Of a stretch of 60,901 bases of DNA, positions 46,443 to 54,571 are shown piece after piece. The notes under the pieces were generated by a model that was not told where the DNA came from, did not search any database, and saw only the letters and a program-made list of their open reading frames with translations. The position numbers and the translations under genes are program-made. Position 1 is the first letter of the stretch, and every line of letters starts with the position of its first letter. Source of the DNA: a virus (taxonomy: Duplodnaviria; Caudoviricetes); the IMG/VR virus record IMGVR_UViG_3300017717_000004, positions 1-60,901 of that record; one strand, given 5' to 3'.

Positions 46443-47231
46443 ATGCCAACTAAGTTGCCAAAAAGACTAAGACCATACACTGCAGGTGTAAACAAGCCCT
46501 TCGGAAAAATGAAAGGAAGGGGAATTCAATATAGATATTTATCAAGTCAATTTACTCCATATGAAGGAAGCAAACTTGTTAACAGACCAAAAGGGGGAGG
46601 AGTAGTCTCTTCTAATGCTTTTGCTAGTGGATATCAATCTTATAACAGCGTAAGTGGAAACACTCCAGGCTCTCAATACGATATTAAAAACCCAATGAAA
46701 GGTCCTGAGGTTAGAATGAGTCAAAGAAGTGGTGGGAGCTTTAGCGGAGTTGGTGGTAACAGACCTTATCCAGGAAACAGAGCCTCTCTCAAGGCTGCGG
46801 ATAGAGGAGCTAAAGCGACAGCAAAAGCCTATGACGTAATGGAAAAGGGATATGCTAAAGCAAAATTCCTTGACACTAAGGGAGATATAAAGGCAAGAAA
46901 CATTCTTTCTAAAATCGACGAGAACACGAGCGAAAAGAAGAAAGCTCGATTAATGAAAAGAGCTCAGAAAGTAGACAAGAGGCTTGATAAGAGAGCACAA
47001 AGAGTCTTAGATAGAAAAATGAATAAGGCTGGAAAAGACAAATACAGAAAAAAAATTGGAGCTGCTGGAACTGATATTCAGGGGATGGCTAATTTCATGT
47101 ATGGTAAATTTTTAGAGCGTTCGGAAAAGCTTACTAGCAAAATGAACGCACCAAAAACATATATGCCTAGAACAAGCAAAGCAACAACTACAAACAGTAG
47201 ACGAAGAAAAACTACGTTTGAAAGAGATTAA
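46443..47231 (+). CDS. Basic K/R/G-rich protein (start MPTKLP)
   Basis: ATG 32 nt after the promoter motif. Confidence 0.6.
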   Translation: MPTKLPKRLRPYTAGVNKPFGKMKGRGIQYRYLSSQFTPYEGSKLVNRPKGGGVVSSNAFASGYQSYNSVSGNTPGSQYDIKNPMKGPEVRMSQRSGGSFSGVGGNRPYPGNRASLKAADRGAKATAKAYDVMEKGYAKAKFLDTKGDIKARNILSKIDENTSEKKKARLMKRAQKVDKRLDKRAQRVLDRKMNKAGKDKYRKKIGAAGTDIQGMANFMYGKFLERSEKLTSKMNAPKTYMPRTSKATTTNSRRRKTTFERD

Positions 47232-47233
47232 TC

Positions 47234-47398
47234 ATGGCAAAAGAAAAAAAGAAAAAAGGTAATAAGATTTGCCCAGCTGGTATAGCTTGGGCAAAAAGAA
47301 CCTTTGACACATATCCTTCTGCATATGCAAATATGGCTGCAAGTAAATATTGTAAAGACCCTAATTACGCTAAAGGAGCTAAGAAAAAGAAAAAATAA
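47234..47398 (+). CDS. Small basic protein with YPSAYAN motif
   Basis: Read by hand, 54 aa. Confidence 0.7.
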   Translation: MAKEKKKKGNKICPAGIAWAKRTFDTYPSAYANMAASKYCKDPNYAKGAKKKKK

Positions 47399-47517
47399 TG
47401 GACGCAAAAAAATTGAAAGAAATATCAAGTCAGTTAAAGAAAGCATCTGCTATGCACAAAGCTCAAGCAGGTAAGATTGATAGATTAATAAAATCTATGT
47501 CAAAGAAAAAGAAATAA
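47398..47517 (+). CDS. Small basic protein (LKKASAMHKAQA)
   Basis: Read by hand, 39 aa, TAATG coupling. Confidence 0.6.
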   Translation: MDAKKLKEISSQLKKASAMHKAQAGKIDRLIKSMSKKKK

Positions 47518-47521
47518 AAAA

Positions 47522-47866
47522 ATGAACAAAATACCACCATCTATTCTTCAGTCAAATAGCACAATAAAGCAGAAGATTAAAAATCAAAAGGCTACTGAAA
47601 AGTTTAAAAATAAAACTATAGATATTCATTTTTCAGATACTAATTACGATAACACTATTGGAGCTAGTAAATTAAAAATGAAAATCTCAAAAAGGGGAAG
47701 AGGTACTGAAAGATTTAAGGAGGTTATGCAGCAGCCAGATGGAAGCTACATGCTATACACTATGAACAATAGTGGGGTTGCAAGAGAAAAACAAATATCA
47801 GAAAGAAGAGCCAAGGGCTTTATAAGAAGAATGCAAAAAGCTCAAAAAAGATTACAAAATAAATAA
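47522..47866 (+). CDS. Basic hypothetical protein
   Basis: ORF in operon. Confidence 0.6.
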   Translation: MNKIPPSILQSNSTIKQKIKNQKATEKFKNKTIDIHFSDTNYDNTIGASKLKMKISKRGRGTERFKEVMQQPDGSYMLYTMNNSGVAREKQISERRAKGFIRRMQKAQKRLQNK

Positions 47867-47874
47867 TTCAAATT

Positions 47875-48108
47875 ATGTGGAAATTAACAAAACAATATTT
47901 TAAAGACATGTGGACTGCTTTATGGAGCAAAACAACGATAGATGAAAAAGCTATAGCCACTGTAAAAGAAATTAAAAAAAGATATAAGCTCACAGCTCAA
48001 GAACTTGCAGATGTAGCAAATGCTATAAAAGAAGTTGGTAATCAGCTAGGTGATATTGACGACGCTGTGAAAGGAAAAGCTAGAAAAGGTAGAAAAGCTA
48101 AAAAATAA
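47875..48108 (+). CDS. Hypothetical protein
   Basis: ORF in operon. Confidence 0.6.
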   Translation: MWKLTKQYFKDMWTALWSKTTIDEKAIATVKEIKKRYKLTAQELADVANAIKEVGNQLGDIDDAVKGKARKGRKAKK

Positions 48109-48111
48109 AAT

Positions 48112-48417
48112 ATGCCAGATTACGATAAAATAGGTTTTAAGAATACAGCTATAGATAAGCTCAACACGTTCAATAGGTTTAATAAGAATAAGATTCCGTT
48201 GAAAAGAAAGAAAACAGAAGAAGATAAACAAAGAGAACAAGCTATTACTTCTTATGCTTCTACTTTAACCGCTAAGAATACTGGACCTACTCTTTTGGGT
48301 GATGGCTCCGCTATGACATATGCCGCTAATGTAGTAGGCACAGGTGTAAAAGCGCTATTTAAACTGGCTGCAAAGAATGTAGCAAAAAAAGGAGTTGTTA
48401 AAAAAATAAGTCAATAG
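48112..48417 (+). CDS. Hypothetical protein
   Basis: ORF in operon. Confidence 0.55.
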   Translation: MPDYDKIGFKNTAIDKLNTFNRFNKNKIPLKRKKTEEDKQREQAITSYASTLTAKNTGPTLLGDGSAMTYAANVVGTGVKALFKLAAKNVAKKGVVKKISQ

Positions 48418-48671
48418 TGGGTGAGCTTAAAAAATGGCGTGACGAAAAATGGGTTAGAATTGGCACAGATGGTTCTATAAAAGGAGCATGTGGCACAAGC
48501 AAGAATAAAAAAAATCCAGATAGATGTTTGCCTTTAAAAAAGGCTCAGTCAATGACTAAAGCTGAAAGAGCTAAAACAGCAAGAAAAAAGAAAAGAGCTG
48601 GAAGAAAAGGAAAAACTGTAGTTGCAAACACAAAAGCAGGTAGAGTAACTAAAAAATATACAAAAAGATAA
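48417..48671 (+). CDS. Small basic protein (LKKWRDEKWV..CG..CLP)
   Basis: GTG start coupled to the upstream stop. Confidence 0.65.
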   Translation: MGELKKWRDEKWVRIGTDGSIKGACGTSKNKKNPDRCLPLKKAQSMTKAERAKTARKKKRAGRKGKTVVANTKAGRVTKKYTKR

Positions 48672-48673
48672 TT

Positions 48674-49234
48674 ATGGCAAATATTAGTACATATATACTC
48701 GATACAGGTATAGATATAAATGACAAGGTAATTGGCACAGACGGAACAACAGGAGAAGACCAGGGTAAAACTAAAAACTTCTCTGTATCTGCACTTAGGT
48801 CTTTTATTGGCTCAGGAGGGAACTTTGTTACTAAAAAGATAACAGTAAGTACAGCGCAATTAAGAACAATCCACACAGGTCCTGTTGTTCTAATAGACCT
48901 TACGGATAATGAAGTTGCCGATGTTGTATCAGTTATTATAAAAACAAGCAATCAAACTTCTCAAAATAAATTAAATTTCCCAGACGCATTAACAATAGAA
49001 CCAGCTATATCTAACAACACCTCTTATAACTACCCTATAGCCGCTGCTTCATTAAATAACACATCAAATATTGTTTACAAGCCCATAGTTGCGGCTGGAG
49101 GTACAGACCCTGGCCCTATTGTAGGTGATGTTAGATTTAAAAGCACCAGTTCATCAAATGCGCCTACAGAAACAGGCACCGCAACTACAGAAGTAACTAT
49201 TTGGATTACTTATCAAATAATAGATATATCGTAA
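48674..49234 (+). CDS. Probable virion accessory/decoration protein
   Basis: N-terminus paralogous to 53861..54562 (MANISTY..DKVIGTD..TKNF). Confidence 0.55.
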   Translation: MANISTYILDTGIDINDKVIGTDGTTGEDQGKTKNFSVSALRSFIGSGGNFVTKKITVSTAQLRTIHTGPVVLIDLTDNEVADVVSVIIKTSNQTSQNKLNFPDALTIEPAISNNTSYNYPIAAASLNNTSNIVYKPIVAAGGTDPGPIVGDVRFKSTSSSNAPTETGTATTEVTIWITYQIIDIS

Positions 49235-49524
49235 TGGCAGACAAAAGTAAAATGAAATGCAATGTTGTTAGAGCAAGCGACAGAGCAGGAAAAAAGAAAA
49301 TGGTTAAAGCTTGTGCTAATGGAAAAGAAAAGCTAATTCATTTTGGAGCAAAAGGCTATGGTCATAATTATTCAGCCGCAGCAAGAAAGTCTTTTAAAGC
49401 AAGGCATAAATGCTCATCAGCTACAAATAAATTAACGGCAAGATATTGGGCTTGTAAAAAGTTATGGGCTGGTAAGGGCGGCTCTACAAAGTCTTCACCA
49501 AGTTCAAAAAGAGGAAAATATTAA
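49234..49524 (+). CDS. Small basic protein (HFGAKG..RKSFKARHKC..ARYWAC)
   Basis: Start MADKS with TAATG coupling. Confidence 0.7.
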   Translation: MADKSKMKCNVVRASDRAGKKKMVKACANGKEKLIHFGAKGYGHNYSAAARKSFKARHKCSSATNKLTARYWACKKLWAGKGGSTKSSPSSKRGKY

Positions 49525-49527
49525 GTT

Positions 49528-49983
49528 ATGGCCAAGGAAAAGAAGAAAATAATAAACACCGACGTTTTGTTTATGCCAAAAATTAAGAGCGATAAACAAA
49601 AAAGACAGAACATTAGAGATATAAGAAAAAATAGAAGACAAAATCTAAGGAATGCTCAATCAAGAGAAGAAAAGGAATCTATAAGACAAGAGGCAAGGGG
49701 TTTAATACGACAACAAAGAGGTGGTAAAACTCAAGCTGGAGAAATAATACAAGATGTTCAAGGTGCTGCATCACAGGTAAATAAACTAAGAAAGAATATA
49801 CAAAATACAACACTTGGACAAGTAATTCCTTTAGGAGCGAGTATTATTAAAAACGCTCAAAGTTTAAATGTAAAGAAATTGACATCAAACGCTAAAGATG
49901 TTGTGAGTCTTTTAACTGGAAAAAACAAAAAGGGAGCAAGTGTGATAGCCAGAAACAGCTCTGGATGTAACTGTGACTGTTAG
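49528..49983 (+). CDS. Basic hypothetical protein ending CNCDC
   Basis: ORF in operon. Confidence 0.6.
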   Translation: MAKEKKKIINTDVLFMPKIKSDKQKRQNIRDIRKNRRQNLRNAQSREEKESIRQEARGLIRQQRGGKTQAGEIIQDVQGAASQVNKLRKNIQNTTLGQVIPLGASIIKNAQSLNVKKLTSNAKDVVSLLTGKNKKGASVIARNSSGCNCDC

Positions 49984-50017
49984 TAAAAGGTATTTAGATT
50001 TTTATTAAATTTGAAAA

Positions 50018-50140
50018 ATGAAGTCAAAAAAGAAAAAGCTTACTGCAAAACAAATGAAAATAGCTAAATTAGCTCCGCCTTTTGATAAGATAACAGGTGC
50101 TGATTTTAAGAAATTAGCAAAACTAAAAAAGAAAAAATAA
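50018..50140 (+). CDS. Small basic protein (KITGADFKKL)
   Basis: Read by hand, 40 aa, after TAAATTTG at 50006. Confidence 0.6.
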   Translation: MKSKKKKLTAKQMKIAKLAPPFDKITGADFKKLAKLKKKK

Positions 50141-50155
50141 TTTAAAAAAATAATT

Positions 50156-50248
50156 ATGCCATACGGAAGCGCAACATACAGTAAAAAGAAATCTAAGCCA
50201 ATGGCTAAGAAGAAAAAAGTAGTTAAGAAGAAAAAAAAGAAAAAATAA
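50156..50248 (+). CDS. Poly-lysine peptide, 30 aa
   Basis: Read by hand (MPYGSATYSKKKSKPMAKKKKVVKKKKKKK). Confidence 0.5.
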   Translation: MPYGSATYSKKKSKPMAKKKKVVKKKKKKK

Positions 50249-50250
50249 TA

Positions 50251-50403
50251 ATGGATAGGGGTCTAGGAGATACTGTAGAGAGATTAACTAAAGCAACTGG
50301 AATAAAAAAGGTTGCAGACACTATATCTAAGAAAATGGGAAAACCTTGTGGGTGTGGAGAAAGAAGAGACACCCTAAACAGAATGTTCCCATACGGTAAA
50401 TAA
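50251..50403 (+). CDS. Small protein with GLGDTV..CGC..RRDTLN motif
   Basis: Read by hand, 50 aa. Confidence 0.65.
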   Translation: MDRGLGDTVERLTKATGIKKVADTISKKMGKPCGCGERRDTLNRMFPYGK

Positions 50404-50405
50404 CT

Positions 50406-50651
50406 ATGTTAAGTAAAACAGCAAGATATTACCGAGACAATCCTAAAGCAAGAATAAAGCATAGGAAGTCAAGCGCAAAAGCTCAAAAGAAAAAAGAAGC
50501 AGTGCGCAAAAGAGTTGAATGCAATCTATTTAATAAAAAAAACAAGAAATCGAAAAAAGGAGACAAATTAGATTGCTCCCACAAAGGTAGTCGTTTGGTA
50601 TTAGAAAGACAAAAGGCTAACAGAGCTAGGGGCGGCGGTAAGAAAAAGTAA
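50406..50651 (+). CDS. Small basic protein with a degenerate HNH-like motif
   Basis: KGDKLDCSH..LVLE..ANRARG. Confidence 0.5.
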   Translation: MLSKTARYYRDNPKARIKHRKSSAKAQKKKEAVRKRVECNLFNKKNKKSKKGDKLDCSHKGSRLVLERQKANRARGGGKKK

Positions 50652-50652
50652 A

Positions 50653-51813
50653 ATGAAAAAATTATTATGGTTGGTGCTTTTATTTAGCGCCACACTTAAT
50701 GCACAGATATTAGATAAAATATTTAAATATAGTACAGTATACGCTGCTGGTGATATTTCTAACTCAATAGAAGAAGCAGAGCCATTATATTTTGTACGAA
50801 CAAATCCCAACGGTGGACTTTACAGCGTTCCAGTTGTAGAAGATAATACACCAGAATACCCTTACGATTACAGAATAGGTTTTGGAATAAGAAAACTCGC
50901 AAGGTTTGATTATGAAAGAAAACCAAAGAATTTTTATGATGGAACAGAAAGTCAATTGGCTTTTACTGCTCCAACTTCTGCTGTTATAGGACTTGAATAT
51001 CAGTTCCATTTCGAAGAAGAAAGATTTAGAGGCATCAAATATAAAAACCATAGATATTTTGTAAAGCACACAGGAAAATATCACATTATAAAAGCAGAAT
51101 CTAGAGAGGTTGGTAGAATAAACCTCAACTACATGTCAGCTGAAGCAAGACTTAGAGTTCCTATTGGAAAAAAGTTTTCGGTATCTATGGGTGCTATTTA
51201 CCGTACTCATGAACGCCCTTATGGGTATAACCCAATTGAAATATGGCTAAACGAACTAGATGAAGATGGCTTTCCTGTAAACTATTGGTATGAGCTTGGG
51301 TTTGAATATGGTTATGACGATATATTCTACACATCTGAGGACGAGTTTGGGAACGAGACTTCTGATTGGTATTGGATAGACTCTCAAGGAAATAGAGTTG
51401 CTGATTCTGATTTAGAGTTTAGGGAAACAGTTTTTAGAAATCTAATGAATAGATATAATAGAGAGATGTGGAGTCAACTTGATTCTTTTGGTGAGATTGC
51501 TCCTATAATTGGATTTGATTTTTATCATTATAAAAACAATTTCTGGCTACATGCTTATGGTAATTATATACTTCCTCATCATAAATACCTTAAAGGAGAT
51601 GAAACAGTTTCTTATTTAAATAGAAATAACTGGGGGTTAGGTGGATTGGTTGAAGACGCAAAACTTGAACAATGGGAAGATTACTCTGCTGGATTAAGTT
51701 TTGGTTGGAAGCTGGGAAGAAATATAGGAGTTTTTGCTGAGGGCGAATACTCAAAAATGTGGGATAGTAAACTTTTCCAAACAACATTTGGAATTAATTA
51801 TATGTTTAAGTAA
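50653..51813 (+). CDS. Secreted probable outer-membrane beta-barrel protein
   Basis: Sec signal peptide (MKKLLWLVLLFSATLNA), amphipathic beta strands, C-terminal FQTTFGINYMFK resembling a beta-signal. Confidence 0.65.
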   Translation: MKKLLWLVLLFSATLNAQILDKIFKYSTVYAAGDISNSIEEAEPLYFVRTNPNGGLYSVPVVEDNTPEYPYDYRIGFGIRKLARFDYERKPKNFYDGTESQLAFTAPTSAVIGLEYQFHFEEERFRGIKYKNHRYFVKHTGKYHIIKAESREVGRINLNYMSAEARLRVPIGKKFSVSMGAIYRTHERPYGYNPIEIWLNELDEDGFPVNYWYELGFEYGYDDIFYTSEDEFGNETSDWYWIDSQGNRVADSDLEFRETVFRNLMNRYNREMWSQLDSFGEIAPIIGFDFYHYKNNFWLHAYGNYILPHHKYLKGDETVSYLNRNNWGLGGLVEDAKLEQWEDYSAGLSFGWKLGRNIGVFAEGEYSKMWDSKLFQTTFGINYMFK

Positions 51814-52106
51814 TGAGCGAAAAAGCACCTCAAATATCAGAAGACACTAAAGTAACCTTAGATTTTAAAACCATAGGAATGATAGTCGGTTTTGTTGTAA
51901 CTTTATCAGGGATGTGGTATACATTGCAGGCCGACATAGCTGAAGCTATGACAAAGCCTGAACCTGTAATAGACAGAGTTGAGTATGATTTAAAAGATGA
52001 GTTGATACGCCAAACAATAATGGACACTCAAGAAGATGTTGAAATGATTCTAGAAAAACTAGATAAGCTCGACGAAAGAATATATGAGATGCAAAAAGGA
52101 AGATGA
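51813..52106 (+). CDS. Single-TM coiled-coil protein
   Basis: TIGMIVGFVVTLSGMWYTL followed by heptad repeats. Confidence 0.6.
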   Translation: MSEKAPQISEDTKVTLDFKTIGMIVGFVVTLSGMWYTLQADIAEAMTKPEPVIDRVEYDLKDELIRQTIMDTQEDVEMILEKLDKLDERIYEMQKGR

Positions 52107-52522
52107 TGAAATATTTACTATTATTATTAAGTTTTTCTTCTTTTGCACAAACACAATATGAGGTAGTACCAAAGAAATACTGGATAACAGATTCAGATTT
52201 TGAAGAAAAAATAAAAGAAAATAGCCAATATGACGATTCTGACTCAGGCATAGTTGTTATTGAGTTCTGGGCTGAGTTTAACCAGGACAATTGTTTTAGA
52301 GAGTGGAGTGGTTTAAAAGGTGTTACATATCACAGGGTTGATGTTGCTTTAGCGCCACTCGCTAAAAAAAAGTACAGGATAAGAATGGCTCCAACTGTTT
52401 TAGTTTTTAAAGATGGTATAAAGGAGTTGTCTTACAAAGCGGGGTTGGATTTAGAATTTCCTTCAAGTATTTCTGAAATACAATCAGATATAAATAGTTT
52501 AAAAAAAGAAAATAGATTTTGA
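52103..52522 (+). CDS. Secreted thioredoxin-fold protein lacking CxxC
   Basis: Signal peptide; VVIEFWAEFN and IRMAPTVLVFKDG. Confidence 0.7.
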   Translation: MMKYLLLLLSFSSFAQTQYEVVPKKYWITDSDFEEKIKENSQYDDSDSGIVVIEFWAEFNQDNCFREWSGLKGVTYHRVDVALAPLAKKKYRIRMAPTVLVFKDGIKELSYKAGLDLEFPSSISEIQSDINSLKKENRF

Positions 52523-52731
52523 AAAAAGTATTAGTGTTGATAATTGTTTTGTTTTTAACGTCTAGCTGTGCACCAGCTAAACCATCATGGGACAGAGCTC
52601 ATCCTGACACTTTATTTGAAGTAGTTAATGTAAAAGACAGTAAAAAAGTAACTGAATTTGATAAGGGATTAATGAAGTTTTTATCAATGAGTACAGTGAT
52701 TTGGCTTTTACATGTTTTAACAACAAAATAA
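52519..52731 (+). CDS. Lipoprotein with C-terminal hydrophobic helix
   Basis: Lipobox LTSSC; C-terminal FLSMSTVIWLLHVL. Confidence 0.55.
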   Translation: MKKVLVLIIVLFLTSSCAPAKPSWDRAHPDTLFEVVNVKDSKKVTEFDKGLMKFLSMSTVIWLLHVLTTK

Positions 52732-52741
52732 AAATTAGAAT

Positions 52742-53347
52742 ATGGCTTGTTGTGGAGTATGCTTTACTATGAAGCAAATTAAAGATGCAGTTAAGGGATT
52801 AGGCCACAAATGGTTTGAGTCTGGTCAATATAACGTAAATATTGTTGGGGTTAGAAATTCTGAAACAGAAGACAATGTGACTAATAAATTTGATGACTGT
52901 ATAACTGTTTCTTATAAAGATGAACAAGATGAGTGGTGTTTTCACTGCTTCAAAGCAACAACTGACCCAGGTAAGTATTGGGTTGAAAATATTATGAATA
53001 AAAAAGGTGTTGCCATATTAAAAGAAGGTCAGTATTCTGGCTCACATAAAATCAGAAAACACCAGGGCAAGTATAATGCACTTGGACAAAAATTACCCAT
53101 GACTGTTTACAGAGATAAAAATCTTAATGAGGTCTATGATTTAGAAACCTTAGATAACGGCATATTTGGAATAAATATTCATAAAGCTGGCAAAAGTTCT
53201 ACAAGAGTTGATAAGTGGTCTGCTGGATGTCAGGTCATGGCTAATAGCGACGACTTTGAAGAGTTTATGTCAATAATGTATAATGCAAAAGAGGTTTGGG
53301 GAAACTCATTTACTTACACTCTTATTAATTCAAATGATATATCATGA
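52742..53347 (+). CDS. Probable endolysin with YkuD/L,D-transpeptidase-like fold
   Basis: TTDPG, GINIH..WSAGCQV (His/Cys); next to the holin-like gene. Confidence 0.65.
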   Translation: MACCGVCFTMKQIKDAVKGLGHKWFESGQYNVNIVGVRNSETEDNVTNKFDDCITVSYKDEQDEWCFHCFKATTDPGKYWVENIMNKKGVAILKEGQYSGSHKIRKHQGKYNALGQKLPMTVYRDKNLNEVYDLETLDNGIFGINIHKAGKSSTRVDKWSAGCQVMANSDDFEEFMSIMYNAKEVWGNSFTYTLINSNDIS

Positions 53348-53808
53348 GCACAAAACCTAAAAAGAAATTCAAAGACACTACGGTGGGAAAACTGCTTTTG
53401 GGAGCTGCGGGGATGATAAACCCAACACTTGGCAAAGTTTTAGAGGGGGTAACTTCACCTAAAGAAGCTATTGCAGAAATAACTAAAGCAGATGTCTCTA
53501 ATGAAGATAAAATCAAACTACAGCAGCTTATATATGAGCAACAAAATAAAGAAATAGAATCAATAACTTCAAGATGGCAAGCAGATTCTATGTCAGACTC
53601 ATGGATGTCTAAGAATGTTCGTCCAATGGTTTTAATATGGTGTATAACTATATTCTCAATGGCTGGTATATTAGATAGTGTTGAAACAATACCATTTCAA
53701 ATAAACGCTTTGTGGAATGACACTTTCGAAAAGGTAATGATGGCTGTTGTTTTAGCTTATTTTGGAGGACGTACAACAGAAAAAGCAACAAGCTTATTTA
53801 AAAAGTAA
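53344..53808 (+). CDS. Holin-like protein (3TM/GTA-type)
   Basis: RWQADSMSDSWMSKNVRP, TM helices, AYFGGR. Confidence 0.7.
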   Translation: MSTKPKKKFKDTTVGKLLLGAAGMINPTLGKVLEGVTSPKEAIAEITKADVSNEDKIKLQQLIYEQQNKEIESITSRWQADSMSDSWMSKNVRPMVLIWCITIFSMAGILDSVETIPFQINALWNDTFEKVMMAVVLAYFGGRTTEKATSLFKK

Positions 53809-53835
53809 TTAAGATAATTGCTTTGTATTAAATCT

Positions 53836-53843
53836 TATCTTTG
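53836..53843 (+). promoter_or_regulatory. -7 promoter element TATCTTTG
   Basis: 25 nt before the ATG at 53861. Confidence 0.6.
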
Positions 53844-53860
53844 CATAAAGAATTTATTAA

Positions 53861-54562
53861 ATGGCTAGAATAAGTACATACGCAATAGATACTATTGTAA
53901 CTGCACAAGATAAATGGATTGGTACTGATTCAAATGGAACTGTAACTAAAAACTTTACCGCATCTGATGTAGCGGCTTTCTTAAATACATCATCATCCAT
54001 TGAAAGCACAGGCACAAGGTTTAAATTTAAAAGAACAAGTGAAAGAAGTTCAGGTTCTTTTGTTTTATCTACTGATGCAGGCACTAATGTTTCTTATTCT
54101 TCAGTATCAAATATAGAAATTAGTGTTACTGATGCTGGAGACACAAATGTGTCGGCTATGTACACACCCCTTGTGGGTTCTATAGTTTTGATTAGATTGG
54201 CTTCTAACCCATCAAGTTTTGGTGTTTATAAGTGGTCTAGTGCAAACATAAATAGCCTTAACGCATTGTTTTATGATGTCACTCTAACCTACCAAGGTGG
54301 AAATGGTGGCTTGGAATCTGAATCAGATTATTTAATATCTTTGCTAACGTATGATGTAGATAGTATTGATAAGAATTTTGTATTTACTCAAGCTACTCCG
54401 TCAAACACCTGGAGTGTTAATCACAACCTAAATAAATTTCCAAGTGCAACTATTGTTGATACAGCTGGAACACAAGTAATAGGAAAAGTAGAACACACGG
54501 ATGTAAATAATTTAACAATAAGCTTTGCTAGTTCATTTGCTGGAAAAGCTTTTATAAACTAA
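53861..54562 (+). CDS. Virion structural/fibre-associated protein
   Basis: C-terminal WSVNHNLNKFPSATIVD..FAGKAFIN domain. Confidence 0.6.
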   Translation: MARISTYAIDTIVTAQDKWIGTDSNGTVTKNFTASDVAAFLNTSSSIESTGTRFKFKRTSERSSGSFVLSTDAGTNVSYSSVSNIEISVTDAGDTNVSAMYTPLVGSIVLIRLASNPSSFGVYKWSSANINSLNALFYDVTLTYQGGNGGLESESDYLISLLTYDVDSIDKNFVFTQATPSNTWSVNHNLNKFPSATIVDTAGTQVIGKVEHTDVNNLTISFASSFAGKAFIN

Positions 54563-54571
54563 TAATAAAAA

